Source of the DNA: an uncultured Ignavibacterium sp.
GTDB taxonomy: Bacteria; Bacteroidota; Ignavibacteria; Ignavibacteriales; Ignavibacteriaceae
Assembly: GCA_937125135.1 (NCBI GenBank)
Contig: CAKZLD010000146.1
Coordinates: forward strand, 1,799-65,798
DNA length: 64,000 bases
Direction: 5' to 3'
A program made the position numbers and the translations under genes. Of the stretch, positions 1 to 9,594 are shown piece after piece; position 1 is the stretch's first letter, and each line of letters starts with the position of its first letter. Under the pieces are notes generated by a model. That model saw only the letters and a program-made list of their open reading frames with translations. It had not been told where the DNA came from and searched no databases.

Positions 1-395
1 AAAAGAGCGATAATTTTTTTGAATGACTTGAAGGATGAAATGTGAAAACCGTGTAAAGTATAAATTACTTTTATTTTTGGCTTAAATATTTTTAACAACC
101 TGCCATAAATTCCAGCACCTCTTCCGTGAGCGTGAACAACTTTGATTTTATTCTTTCGTGAAAAAGATTTTAATCTCATCAGATATATCAGGGAAAGTTT
201 TCTGTGAGGTAATTCCAGAAATTTGTTAGTGGATTTTAGTTCGTTATGCCATTTAATTCCGTAAGGCTCTTCAATAGGAGATGCTACGAATAAGTTGAAA
301 TTATTTTTAAGATTATTAAAAATCGAATCTACGTGTCGAGGGCCACCGCCAATATCAGCTCTCAGAGTTATAAGTAAAATATTTTTATCTGACAT
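1..395 (-). CDS. Glycosyltransferase (GT1/GT4-like), N-terminal part, truncated by the window edge
   Basis: Not in the ORF track because it runs off the left edge. My reverse-complement translation from ATG at 393-395 gives MSDKNILLITLRADIGGGPRHVDSIFNNLKNNFNLFVASPIEEPYGIKWH...KVVHAHGRGAGIYGRLL...IYTLHGFH, open to position 1. This resembles the N-terminal Rossmann half of GT-B glycosyltransferases. It is divergent from a GT2 gene. Confidence 0.55.
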   Translation of the reverse strand, partial: MSDKNILLITLRADIGGGPRHVDSIFNNLKNNFNLFVASPIEEPYGIKWHNELKSTNKFLELPHRKLSLIYLMRLKSFSRKNKIKVVHAHGRGAGIYGRLLKIFKPKIKVIYTLHGFHISSFKSFKKIIAL

Positions 396-451
396 AAAAA
401 GTAATTCTTCGGATTCTTGTATTATTTTTGAAAATCAATTACACAAATGAA

Positions 452-1255
452 ATGAAAATCAGCATAATTACTCCAACGTTTAACTCTGAAAGAACTATTT
501 CTGAGAATGTTTACTCTATTTTAAATCAGAATTTCAGAGAGTTTGAACATATTATTGTTGACAATTGCAGTAATGATTCAACGCTGAAAATCATTTCAGA
601 GCTCTACAAAAAAAATAACTGCATTGAAAAACTAATAATAATTTCAGAGAAAGATGAAGGAATTTCAGATGCTTTTAATAAGGGAATTAAAATAGCTTCG
701 GGGGATATCATTACAATTCTCAATAGTGATGACAAATATTATTATAGTGAAGTCTTTCAGGATGTTGTCAAAATATTTTCAAATGAACAAATCGTTTTTG
801 TGCACGGAGATATTTTATTTATTGATGAAAAATTCGGAAGTAATTTAAGGAGACCGTTATTGTGCGATGTGAGAGTTGCTATGCCACTTAATCATCCAAC
901 TATGTTTATACGAAAGAAGCTATTCGAAGAAGTAGGAGAATTTAATTTGTCTTTCAGATTTTCAATGGATTTTGAGTTTGTTTGTAGACTTTCCAAAAAG
1001 TATGATTTGAAAAAAATAGGCTTTTATTTTTACGAAAAGCCATTAGTTGTAATGAACGCTGGAGGAGCTTCGTGGGAGAATGAAATCGCATCTATTAAAG
1101 AAACCAAAAAAGCATTGAAAACTCATAATCTTTGGAATTCTAAATCTTTCTTTCATTATAGTTTAAGAATAATTCGAACCTTTATAAAAAAAATACTTAG
1201 TCAAATCGGATTAAATTCAATTGTTAAAATTTGGAGAAATCAAAAGTGGTCTTAA
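452..1255 (+). CDS. Glycosyltransferase family 2
   Basis: MKISIITPTFNSERTI..., DNCSNDST and LNSDD (DxD-like) motifs are typical of GT2. The track ORF starts at TTG 428; I prefer the in-frame ATG at 452, which places the conserved IITPT motif at the N-terminus. Confidence 0.85.
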   Translation: MKISIITPTFNSERTISENVYSILNQNFREFEHIIVDNCSNDSTLKIISELYKKNNCIEKLIIISEKDEGISDAFNKGIKIASGDIITILNSDDKYYYSEVFQDVVKIFSNEQIVFVHGDILFIDEKFGSNLRRPLLCDVRVAMPLNHPTMFIRKKLFEEVGEFNLSFRFSMDFEFVCRLSKKYDLKKIGFYFYEKPLVVMNAGGASWENEIASIKETKKALKTHNLWNSKSFFHYSLRIIRTFIKKILSQIGLNSIVKIWRNQKWS

Positions 1256-1286
1256 TATCTTTTGAACAAATACTATAGAGAAGTTT

Positions 1287-2072
1287 ATGGAAATAATTAA
1301 ATGTAAAATTTGTGATCAAAATTCTGACATTGCTTTTGTTACAAAAATCTTGAATAAGTATGACGTTAAATATTATCAATGCACTGCTTGTGGTTATTTG
1401 TTCACAGAAAAACCATTTTGGCTTGAAGAGGCGTATAAAAATCCAATTAATCTTTCTGACACAGGAATAATGTTGAGAAATATTTTCTTCTCTCGTGTTG
1501 CTTCAATAATTCTCTTCTTCCATTTTAATAGAACAAAAAAATTTCTCGACTATGCAGGAGGTTATGGAATTTTTACAAGATTGATGAGAGATATCGGATT
1601 TGATTTCTATTGGCACGATGACTACACTCAAAATCTTCTTGCAAGAGGATTTGAAATGAAAAACGATCACATTAAATATGAATTGCTCACAGCTTTCGAA
1701 GTATTCGAGCATTTTGAAAACCCAATTCAAGAGATAAAAAAAATGTTAAATCTTTCAGATAATATTTTGTTTTCTACTGTTACTTATTCCTGCAAAATTC
1801 CGGATATAGATTGGTGGTATTATGGATTTGATCACGGGCAACATATTTCTTTTTATTCAACCAGAACTTTCGAAAAGATTGCGTCTTTACTTGGTTTGAA
1901 ATATTCCAATCTTGGTGAATTACATCTTCTTTCAAGAAACAAAAAGATCAATGTCAATCCTATTTTAATAAAAATTTCTGTAAAGGCGGGTTTGTCTTCA
2001 CTTCTTAAGATTTTTATGAAAAGCAAAACTTTTTCAGATCATCTTCTATTAAAAGATAATTCTGTTTTATGA
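1287..2072 (+). CDS. Class I SAM-dependent methyltransferase with N-terminal zinc ribbon
   Basis: CKICDQ...CTACGY forms a 4-Cys ribbon. LDYAGGYGIFTRLM is a glycine-rich SAM motif I, followed by FEVFEHF. The gene sits in a polysaccharide gene context. Confidence 0.7.
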   Translation: MEIIKCKICDQNSDIAFVTKILNKYDVKYYQCTACGYLFTEKPFWLEEAYKNPINLSDTGIMLRNIFFSRVASIILFFHFNRTKKFLDYAGGYGIFTRLMRDIGFDFYWHDDYTQNLLARGFEMKNDHIKYELLTAFEVFEHFENPIQEIKKMLNLSDNILFSTVTYSCKIPDIDWWYYGFDHGQHISFYSTRTFEKIASLLGLKYSNLGELHLLSRNKKINVNPILIKISVKAGLSSLLKIFMKSKTFSDHLLLKDNSVL

Positions 2073-3241
2073 CCTTAAAACTGATAAAAATAAAATTCTT
2101 CAATCTCATCAAATATTTGATTTATCTGATTTTGGATACTATCCTTTCTTTTCAGAAGCAGGAAAAAACACCAAAGACTTTATTACTAATCAAACTTGAT
2201 TCGATAGGAGATTATTTATTATTCAGAAATTTTTTGAAATTCTTTAAAACAAGTGACAGCTATAGGAATTATAAAATTACTCTTCTTGGAAATATTGTCT
2301 GGAAAGATTTAGCTGAAAAATTTGATAAAGAATCAGTTGATAATTTTCTTTGGTTGGATAGAAACAAATTCAGCAATAATCTCTTCTATAAATTTCAACT
2401 TCTGAATTCAATCTACAAATCCGGTTTTGAAACCGTTATTGATTGTGCTTATTCAAGAGAAATTCTTTTTGGTGATTCTATCATTAAAACCAGCCGAGCA
2501 ACCAATCGAATTGGAAGTGTTGGTTCTCCGGATAACTATGTTAAATGGAAAAGAAATTTACTTACGGATAAATTTTATACAAATTTAATTTCAACATCAG
2601 ACAAAATAATTTTTGAATTTGAAAGGAATAGAGAATTCATCTCAAAGATTTTGAATTATAATCTGGATATCAGAAAACCAAATCTTGACACTAATGAAAT
2701 TGATTCATTTGATTTTGAAGAAAAATACATAGTAATTTTTCCGGGGGCTAACGATACAAAAAGAAGATGGTCGGTAGAAAAATTTTCAAAAGTTATTTTC
2801 CATATTGTTAATAATTATAAGTTTCTGATTGTTTTGGCTGGCTCAAACTCAGATGTTAAAATCGTTGAGAAAATATTCAAACACTTTGTAACTAACAGAG
2901 TAAAAAATTTTGTTGGTAAAACTAATTTACCTGAATTTGCAAAACTCATAGCAGGTGCAGAGTTGCTCATCACAAATGAAACTAGTGCAGTTCATTTCGC
3001 AGCAAGTGTCAATACTCCTTTTGTTTGTATTTCAAATGGAAATCATTTTGGCAGATTTCATCCATATCCGGAAGAAGCAGGCGTAGAAGGAGTCTTTATT
3101 TATCCAAAAGAAATAAAAAACAATTTAGCTAATATTGATTACTTAAAATCCAAATATGGATTCGGTTCCAATCTCGATATAAATCTTATTGATGAAAACG
3201 AAGTAATTTCAATTGTGGATAAGTTCTTGATAAAAGATTAG
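2069..3241 (+). CDS. Glycosyltransferase family 9 (heptosyltransferase-like)
   Basis: LLLIKLDSIGDYLLFRNF is the hallmark GT9 N-terminal motif, and the C-terminal half has ...LITNETSAVHFAAS. The start overlaps the upstream stop as ATGA (2069-2072). Confidence 0.75.
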   Translation: MTLKLIKIKFFNLIKYLIYLILDTILSFQKQEKTPKTLLLIKLDSIGDYLLFRNFLKFFKTSDSYRNYKITLLGNIVWKDLAEKFDKESVDNFLWLDRNKFSNNLFYKFQLLNSIYKSGFETVIDCAYSREILFGDSIIKTSRATNRIGSVGSPDNYVKWKRNLLTDKFYTNLISTSDKIIFEFERNREFISKILNYNLDIRKPNLDTNEIDSFDFEEKYIVIFPGANDTKRRWSVEKFSKVIFHIVNNYKFLIVLAGSNSDVKIVEKIFKHFVTNRVKNFVGKTNLPEFAKLIAGAELLITNETSAVHFAASVNTPFVCISNGNHFGRFHPYPEEAGVEGVFIYPKEIKNNLANIDYLKSKYGFGSNLDINLIDENEVISIVDKFLIKD

Positions 3242-3270
3242 TTAATTTTAAATAAGAAAAATTAAAAACT

Positions 3271-4167
3271 ATGAAAGTTGGAATAGTCGCAAACATTACT
3301 AAAGAAAATATAATTGAAATTGTATCTTCTTTCACAGCCAAATTAAAAGAGAACAATATAGAATATATTCTAACCAAATCTCTTTTCGAATTTAACGGAA
3401 AGTTCAAGATCGAATTAGCGGAGGAATTTATTGCAGAAGATGATGAGTTGTACCAAAAATGTGATGTTGTAGTTTCAATCGGCGGTGACGGAACAATGCT
3501 CAATACAGCTTTTAATGCTCTAAAGTATGACAAGCCAGTCCTTGGTTTGAACGTGGGAAAGCTTGGCTTTTTAGTCGAAGCCGAATTATCACAAATGGAT
3601 TACATTATTGATTGTTTGAAGAATAAGAAATATGTAATTGATGAAAGAATAGTAATTTCTGGAAATATTTTTGGCAGTAAAGAAGAAGAAATAATTGCTT
3701 TTAATGACATTGTAATTGATAAAGGCGGCTGGCCCAAAATGATTGAACTTAATATCTGGGTTGATAATGAATATGTTACTACTTTTAATGCAGATGGAAT
3801 TATAGTAGCAACACCAACAGGTTCCACTGGTTATTCAATCTCTGTTGGTGGTCCTATAATAAGTCCCAAAGCTGATGTTGTTTCACTTTCTCCGATTTCT
3901 CCTCATAGCTTGACAGTCAGACCACTTGTTCTGCCAAGTTATCAGGAAATTCTTATTAAAGCTGATTCACTTCATATTGATGTTCAAGTTAGTTGTGATG
4001 GACAAAGAGCATACAGTGTTCCTCCGCCTTTGGAGATAAGAATTAAAAAAAGTGAGAAGAAACTGAAACTAATTCAAACTTCGGTTTCAACTTATTTTTC
4101 AACACTTAGAAAAAAATTACTATGGGGAATTGATACTAGGCATTCAAATAAGGATAATTCTAAATGA
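3271..4167 (+). CDS. nadK: NAD+ kinase
   Basis: VVSIGGDGTMLNTA (GGDGT motif) and NADGIIVATPTGSTGYSISVGGPI are present. The length of 298 aa fits. Confidence 0.92.
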   Translation: MKVGIVANITKENIIEIVSSFTAKLKENNIEYILTKSLFEFNGKFKIELAEEFIAEDDELYQKCDVVVSIGGDGTMLNTAFNALKYDKPVLGLNVGKLGFLVEAELSQMDYIIDCLKNKKYVIDERIVISGNIFGSKEEEIIAFNDIVIDKGGWPKMIELNIWVDNEYVTTFNADGIIVATPTGSTGYSISVGGPIISPKADVVSLSPISPHSLTVRPLVLPSYQEILIKADSLHIDVQVSCDGQRAYSVPPPLEIRIKKSEKKLKLIQTSVSTYFSTLRKKLLWGIDTRHSNKDNSK

Positions 4168-4670
4168 AAATTTTCACTTTAATTTTATTGTTGTTTTCAT
4201 TCAGTTTAGTTGCTCAGGATTATAATCATTTTACAATTGATACAGTAAAAAACAAAAAAATGTTGATAGGTTATTGTACTCGAGAAGCATTTAATGATAC
4301 TGCATTTGTTGGCTGGTTTGAAGAAAGTTATAACAACTATCAATTCGAAAATGAAGTTCTAAATCAGCTTAAGGATTTTTTGAACGACATAAAAATCAAA
4401 ATTGTTTTGGGAACGTGGTGTAGTGATAGCAGAGAATTTGTCCCGGCATTTTTAAAGATTCTTGATAATATTAGTTTTTCGGAAAGTAATTATGAAATAA
4501 TCAGCGTTGACCGAAAGAAAAAAGGTTTTGGAAATGAAGCTGATCATCTCGATATAAATTTCGTCCCGACTTTTATTTTTTACAGAAATGAAACAGAAAT
4601 AGGAAGAATTATTGAACTTCCAAACGAATCATTGGAAAGAGACTTTTTAGAAATTCTCAAAAACAATTAA
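4164..4670 (+). CDS. Secreted thioredoxin-fold protein with a monothiol WCSDS (CxxS) motif
   Basis: Signal peptide MKIFTLILLLFSFSLVAQ. GTWCSDSREFVPAF occupies the position of the thioredoxin WCxxC motif, and a cis-Pro-like FVPTFIFY lies downstream. The start overlaps the nadK stop as ATGA. Confidence 0.6.
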   Translation: MKIFTLILLLFSFSLVAQDYNHFTIDTVKNKKMLIGYCTREAFNDTAFVGWFEESYNNYQFENEVLNQLKDFLNDIKIKIVLGTWCSDSREFVPAFLKILDNISFSESNYEIISVDRKKKGFGNEADHLDINFVPTFIFYRNETEIGRIIELPNESLERDFLEILKNN

Positions 4671-4747
4671 TATTGCGTACGAAACAATTTTTTAGTTAAA
4701 TCATCTAAAAGAAAAAATTTGATTCGATAAAAACAAAGGGAGTAAAT

Positions 4748-5593
4748 ATGAACGCAATTAAAACAGTATTTTTAATGGCTTTAATGATGGCTTTGTTCCT
4801 TCTTGTTGGATACGCTATCGGAGGAAATTCCGGAATGACTATAGCATTTATCTTCTCACTTGCAATGAATTTTGGTTCTTATTGGTTCTCGGATAAAATA
4901 GTTCTTTCGATGTACCGAGCTAAACAGATAACCCGAGCCGAAGCACCTAAATTTTATGATATGGTTGAAAGATTAGCTCAGAATGCAAACTTACCAATGC
5001 CGAAAGTTTATATTATTAATGATCCAACTCCAAATGCTTTCGCAACTGGCAGGAATCCTCAAAATGCAGCAGTAGCAGCAACAACAGGAATTTTACAAAG
5101 TCTTAACGATGATGAAATTGCGGGTGTAATGGCTCACGAATTAGCTCACGTAAAAAATCGAGATATTTTAATTAGTACAATTGCTGCTACTTTGGTTGGA
5201 ACAATCTCATACATTGCTCATATGGCAGGTTGGCTTGCAATGTTTGGAAGAGGAAATGACAGAGATGGTGATAGTGGATTAGGAAGTTTATTACTCATTA
5301 TTCTTTCACCCATAATTGCTACATTACTGCAATTGGCAATTTCACGTTCGAGAGAATATATGGCTGATGAAGGTGGAGCAAGAATTAGTAGAAATCCTCT
5401 TGCATTAGCTTCAGCTTTAGCGAAAATTTCAAGATCGAACCAGCTACATCATATGAGAAATGTTGAACCTTCAACTGCTCATATGTTTATTGTAAGTCCG
5501 TTGTTTGGTGGAATTGGAAAATTGTTTTCGACACATCCACCAATTGAGGAAAGAATTAAAAGATTACAAAAATTAGCTGCAGGAAGAATCTGA
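4748..5593 (+). CDS. htpX: Zinc metalloprotease HtpX
   Basis: Two N-terminal TM helices, HELAHVKNRD (HExxH), the NAFATG motif and a C-terminal THPPIEERI. Confidence 0.92.
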   Translation: MNAIKTVFLMALMMALFLLVGYAIGGNSGMTIAFIFSLAMNFGSYWFSDKIVLSMYRAKQITRAEAPKFYDMVERLAQNANLPMPKVYIINDPTPNAFATGRNPQNAAVAATTGILQSLNDDEIAGVMAHELAHVKNRDILISTIAATLVGTISYIAHMAGWLAMFGRGNDRDGDSGLGSLLLIILSPIIATLLQLAISRSREYMADEGGARISRNPLALASALAKISRSNQLHHMRNVEPSTAHMFIVSPLFGGIGKLFSTHPPIEERIKRLQKLAAGRI

Positions 5594-5748
5594 GAATTTC
5601 ATTTAAATATTCTTTAAGAGCTGGAATTAAATCTTCATTATTCCAGCTTCTTTTATTTATTTTAGTTTTAAGTAATCTCTCTTCAGGGCAAGTAAAAACC
5701 AATCTTCAGATCTTTAATATTCTTACGGATTCTCTATCAAATAAAATA

Positions 5749-6216
5749 ATGCAGGTTTTATCAAACAATATTTCTAAGCTGGAAATCAACTCCAATAATC
5801 AAAATGAATTAAATATCCTTTATGATTTTATCCGAGCAAAGTTAATGAGAGATGGAATAAAATTATCTTCAAGTGATGAATATGATGAAAAACTTTCTTT
5901 ATTTTTTACTGATGCTAAAGTAGAATATAAAGATTTGTTCAAAGAACATTTATTCGGAAGTTATTTAATGACAAGAGAGATAACACTTGCAGGCAATTTC
6001 ATCTTAGAAAGAAAAAACGAGGTTTTTAATTTTAATATAACTTCTTCAGATACAGTTGGATATGATAATTATACAGATTTAGAAAATAAGATTTATACAA
6101 TAACAGAAGGAATTCCTCCTAAAGAGCCTTTTATATCGAGTATAATTGAACCTGTAATTGCTGTTGCGGCTACGGCTACTGCAGTTATTCTCTTTTTTAC
6201 AATTCGTTCAAAGTAA
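5749..6216 (+). CDS. Hypothetical protein with C-terminal TM anchor; true start probably upstream
   Basis: The ORF has a C-terminal hydrophobic helix, PVIAVAATATAVILFFTI. The same frame is open from 5560 and encodes a textbook signal peptide with no ATG/GTG/TTG (see findings). Confidence 0.4.
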   Translation: MQVLSNNISKLEINSNNQNELNILYDFIRAKLMRDGIKLSSSDEYDEKLSLFFTDAKVEYKDLFKEHLFGSYLMTREITLAGNFILERKNEVFNFNITSSDTVGYDNYTDLENKIYTITEGIPPKEPFISSIIEPVIAVAATATAVILFFTIRSK

Positions 6217-6286
6217 TTTTATACCTTTTCAGCCAATGCAATTTTAATTATAATTGTCAAGTTTTTAATAAAAAATATATAAATAG

Positions 6287-7051
6287 ATGAAAAAATTTTT
6301 TGTTGCTTTATCAGTTATAATAGTATTAGTTATCATTTCTTCGTGCTCTTCATCTATAGATACTGTAAATCTTCCTCCTGAAGAAAGGTTAGCTGTTGCA
6401 CTAAAACTTTATGAAAATGAAGACTATCTTGATGCTATCAAAGAATTCGAAGCAATATTACTTCAGTTTCCGGCAAGTGGAATCAACGATGATGCAATTT
6501 ATTATCTAGGAATGTCTAGATTTAACAGAGGAGAATATATACTTGGTGCTTATGAATTCAGCAGATTGATAAAAAGTATTCCTACCAGTGAATTCCTCAC
6601 CAAATCTCAATTTATGCTCGCAGAGTGTTATTATAAACTTTCTCCAAATTTTGCTCTTGACCAAAGATATTCCAAAAAGGCAATTCAGGAATATCAGGCA
6701 TTTATTGATTTCTTTCCACTTGATGAAAAAGTTTCCGAAGCTGAATCGAAAATTTCTGAGCTGAATAAAAAATTGGCAAAAAAGGAATTCGAAACTGGCA
6801 GAATTTATGAAAAGATGGAATACACTGCCGCAGCACTTTTTTATTATGATAATGTAATGCAGATTTATCACGATACTGAATTTGCTCCCTTAGCTCATTA
6901 TAATAAGATAAATATTTTACTATCCAAGAAAAGATTAGACGATGCTTTGGAATCATCAAGATTATTTATTCAAAACTATCCAAATGATTCCAGAGCAGGA
7001 GATGTACGAAAAATAATTTCTAATTTGGAAAAAGAATTTTCTTCCAGATAA
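6287..7051 (+). CDS. bamD: Outer membrane protein assembly factor BamD (TPR lipoprotein)
   Basis: Lipoprotein signal with Cys (VLVIISSCSS). TPR-like repeats are present, including DAIYYLGMSRFNRGEYILGAYEF and QFMLAECYYKLSP. The ~250 aa length fits. Confidence 0.75.
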   Translation: MKKFFVALSVIIVLVIISSCSSSIDTVNLPPEERLAVALKLYENEDYLDAIKEFEAILLQFPASGINDDAIYYLGMSRFNRGEYILGAYEFSRLIKSIPTSEFLTKSQFMLAECYYKLSPNFALDQRYSKKAIQEYQAFIDFFPLDEKVSEAESKISELNKKLAKKEFETGRIYEKMEYTAAALFYYDNVMQIYHDTEFAPLAHYNKINILLSKKRLDDALESSRLFIQNYPNDSRAGDVRKIISNLEKEFSSR

Positions 7052-7055
7052 TTAT

Positions 7056-7523
7056 ATGAAAAGCGTTAGTAATTCACAGATAGAAATGACAGAATTGGTG
7101 CTGCCAAATCACACTAATCAGCTTGGAAATTTACTTGGTGGTCAGTTAATGCATTGGATTGATATCTGTGCAGCTTTGAGTGCAGCAAAGCACGCAAATA
7201 AAATTTGTGTTACTGCTTCTGTGGATAGAATTGATTTTCACCATCCGATTAAATTGGGTGATGCGGTTACTTTAATAGCATCGGTTAATAGAGTATTTAA
7301 TACTTCTATGGAAGTTGGTGTGAAAGTGTATGCTCAGAATTTTCGACTTGGAACTAGAATTCATACAAATACAGCTTATCTTACATTCGTAGCTGTTGAC
7401 GAGAATGAAAAACCAGTTCCAGTTGACCAGATTATTCCGGAAACAGAGGATGAAATCAGACGATTTGAAGATGCACTCAGGAGAAGAGAAGATAGACTTA
7501 AAAACAGATCTAAAACTATTTAG
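7056..7523 (+). CDS. Acyl-CoA thioesterase (hotdog fold, YciA-like)
   Basis: MTELVLPNHTNQLGNLLGGQLMHWIDICAALSA and SVDRIDFHHPIKLGD are typical of the acyl-CoA hydrolase hotdog family. Confidence 0.8.
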   Translation: MKSVSNSQIEMTELVLPNHTNQLGNLLGGQLMHWIDICAALSAAKHANKICVTASVDRIDFHHPIKLGDAVTLIASVNRVFNTSMEVGVKVYAQNFRLGTRIHTNTAYLTFVAVDENEKPVPVDQIIPETEDEIRRFEDALRRREDRLKNRSKTI

Positions 7524-9594
7524 TTTTTTAATTATCCTCATTTTTTCTTCCAGTTTATTATTTGCTCAAATTCCTATTAATGGTTTTACGAACTTTTCTG
7601 AAATTGAAACTATTCCTGATCAAAACAAAATTTTTAGTTTAAATTTTAATAAAGATCCCTATTCTGATATTCTGATTTATAATCAGGAAAACAAGGTGGG
7701 TTATTTATTAACAGGACAACCAAACCTTAAATTTTCAAAACCTCAAAAATTATTTTTCCAATTTGAACCAAATTTCTTCAAACCAATTTACAACTCTCAA
7801 AATCAAATTATAGAATACGCTTTTACATCAAGAAAGTCTCGAATTTTTGGATTACTTAATTTTAATCAATATGGTTATCCAAGAATTTCGAAAAGTATTA
7901 AGTTGAGTTCTTTCCCAAACAGAATTGATGTCGAAGATGTTGACTTAAATAACTCAAATGATTATTTAATCTCAGGCGAAGCATTCGAAGGATTGTCAAT
8001 TATATTTGAAAAAAATAATAAATTAGAAGAGAAGAAACTCTTCAAAGGTCATTCATTCCTTGATGCATTTTTCTTCAATATCAATGGTGATGAATATATT
8101 GATATCTTAGCCTTCGATCTGATAACTCAAAAACTTTTTTTTATCTATAATAAAGATGGAGAGAGATTTGAAAAGGAGAGAGAGCTGAGCATAAATCAGT
8201 CTGTTAATAAGTTTCAGATTATTGACCTCAATTTTGATGGATATAAAGATTTGATTTTTTCCACTAACACTGGACTACAGATTTACTTTGGTGATAATCT
8301 AAGCACATTTAATCAGACAGTAAAAATTAGAACCTCATCCTCAATAAAAAATTTTACTGTTGGTGATTATAACCACGATGGTAGTTTTGATTTTATATGT
8401 CATTCAACTTCAGGCAATTACTTGTCAGTAATATTTGCAAAAGATGTAGATGAATTTTATGAGGAAATTATTTTTGATTTTGGAAATCAAATTGATGAAA
8501 TAATCCCTTTCTTTTCCAGATTTGTTTATGGAGTAACCAATCTTTCAAAAGATGGTAAAATCAAGATTGTATATGAATTCACTTCGTTTAAGGAGGATGT
8601 TAATCTTATTTTCGGAATAAAACCAGTTGAAATTCATGCATTTGATTTGAATAATAACAGTCTCTCTGACTTTATTTTTATAGATAGATTTGATAACAGA
8701 CTGAAAATTATTCTAAAGAATAACAGAGGAATTCCTTCACAATATTTTCACATGAACTTGAATGGTATTCATTCAGAGATATTAATTTCAAAAGTATCTG
8801 ATTCGCAAGTGATTTTTTATCTCTACTCTCTGAATGAACGTTTAATAGAAATAATAGAATTTGATTTTAATGACTTTACTTTCAAAAAGAATTATCTCTA
8901 TGCAGAAGGGAAGATTCAGGATTTGTGGAGTACAAATTTTAATGGCTCTGAGGAAATTAAAATTTTATATTCGAATAGAAATCAACTCAATTACGGTGTT
9001 TTAAGACTTTCACTTGATAAAAAGTATAAATTGGTTAAGTATCCGCTCGTTGCTGATAATTTTATTATTGCAAACATCACAGCTGAGAATGAAAATAAAA
9101 TAATTTATTGGAATAAAAACGATACTGTTGCTCACCTCAATTTATCAAACTATTTTTTTGACAGCAAACAGGAGAAAAAACTATTTTCAATCAATTATTC
9201 AGGAGAAATCAATTTCTTTAACAGCATTCCAAAACAGGTAAAAAATCATGACTACTTCTCATCGCTTATTCAAATGCCTGATAAGAAATATTTGCTTATT
9301 TTTAATCGTGATTTAAATATTTTAATTAATACTGATTTGCTGACAAATCACTCTTTGGAATCAAAAAAACCTTTAGTTCATGACAATGAAGGATTTCTTT
9401 ATTTTTTTGACTCAAAGTCTAAACAAGTTTTCAGAATCATTTACGTAAAGAGATTGAATAAAGTTATTATAAGATCAGTATTTGAAAATGTTAATGTGGA
9501 AGAATTCTCAATTTCCAAACTTGATAAAACCAATAAGCATTTAATTTTTATTGATTCTGAAGATAAAAAAATTAAAGTAAGGCAATTGAATTGA
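7471..9594 (+). CDS. Secreted FG-GAP/VCBS-like repeat protein
   Basis: Signal peptide KLFSFLIILIFSSSLLFAQ. Ca-loop-like repeats recur: NINGDEYIDILAF, DLNFDGYKDLIFS, GDYNHDGSFDFICHS, DLNNNSLSDFIFID. The start is uncertain: the track start 7396 lies deep inside the thioesterase gene, and I chose the last in-frame ATG (7471) before the signal peptide. Confidence 0.5.
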   Translation: MHSGEEKIDLKTDLKLFSFLIILIFSSSLLFAQIPINGFTNFSEIETIPDQNKIFSLNFNKDPYSDILIYNQENKVGYLLTGQPNLKFSKPQKLFFQFEPNFFKPIYNSQNQIIEYAFTSRKSRIFGLLNFNQYGYPRISKSIKLSSFPNRIDVEDVDLNNSNDYLISGEAFEGLSIIFEKNNKLEEKKLFKGHSFLDAFFFNINGDEYIDILAFDLITQKLFFIYNKDGERFEKERELSINQSVNKFQIIDLNFDGYKDLIFSTNTGLQIYFGDNLSTFNQTVKIRTSSSIKNFTVGDYNHDGSFDFICHSTSGNYLSVIFAKDVDEFYEEIIFDFGNQIDEIIPFFSRFVYGVTNLSKDGKIKIVYEFTSFKEDVNLIFGIKPVEIHAFDLNNNSLSDFIFIDRFDNRLKIILKNNRGIPSQYFHMNLNGIHSEILISKVSDSQVIFYLYSLNERLIEIIEFDFNDFTFKKNYLYAEGKIQDLWSTNFNGSEEIKILYSNRNQLNYGVLRLSLDKKYKLVKYPLVADNFIIANITAENENKIIYWNKNDTVAHLNLSNYFFDSKQEKKLFSINYSGEINFFNSIPKQVKNHDYFSSLIQMPDKKYLLIFNRDLNILINTDLLTNHSLESKKPLVHDNEGFLYFFDSKSKQVFRIIYVKRLNKVIIRSVFENVNVEEFSISKLDKTNKHLIFIDSEDKKIKVRQLN

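Noticed and set aside
1503-1730. Antisense ORF (75 aa) inside the methyltransferase gene. Similar track ORFs include 3186..3533, 3600..3827, 6506..6871, 6702..6959, 7272..7541, 9945..10223, 10866..11114 and 11912..12223.
   Set aside because: Each lies entirely within, and antisense to or out of frame with, a longer ORF that has clear family motifs. Their translations are low-complexity I/F/K/N-rich strings, as expected from an AT-rich genome. No RBS or motif support.
5581-5600. A possible programmed -1 frameshift fusing htpX to the downstream open frame.
   Set aside because: There is no slippery heptamer or downstream structure at the junction. HtpX already ends at its normal conserved C-terminus (THPPIEERIKRL...). 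A non-canonical or reinitiation start for the downstream gene is simpler.
7396-7470. The track start (7396) for the FG-GAP-like protein, overlapping the thioesterase gene by 128 nt.
   Set aside because: The extension encodes a basic stretch with no features and overlaps a conserved gene. The signal peptide begins just after the thioesterase stop, so a later start is more plausible; ATG 7471 is chosen, still uncertain.
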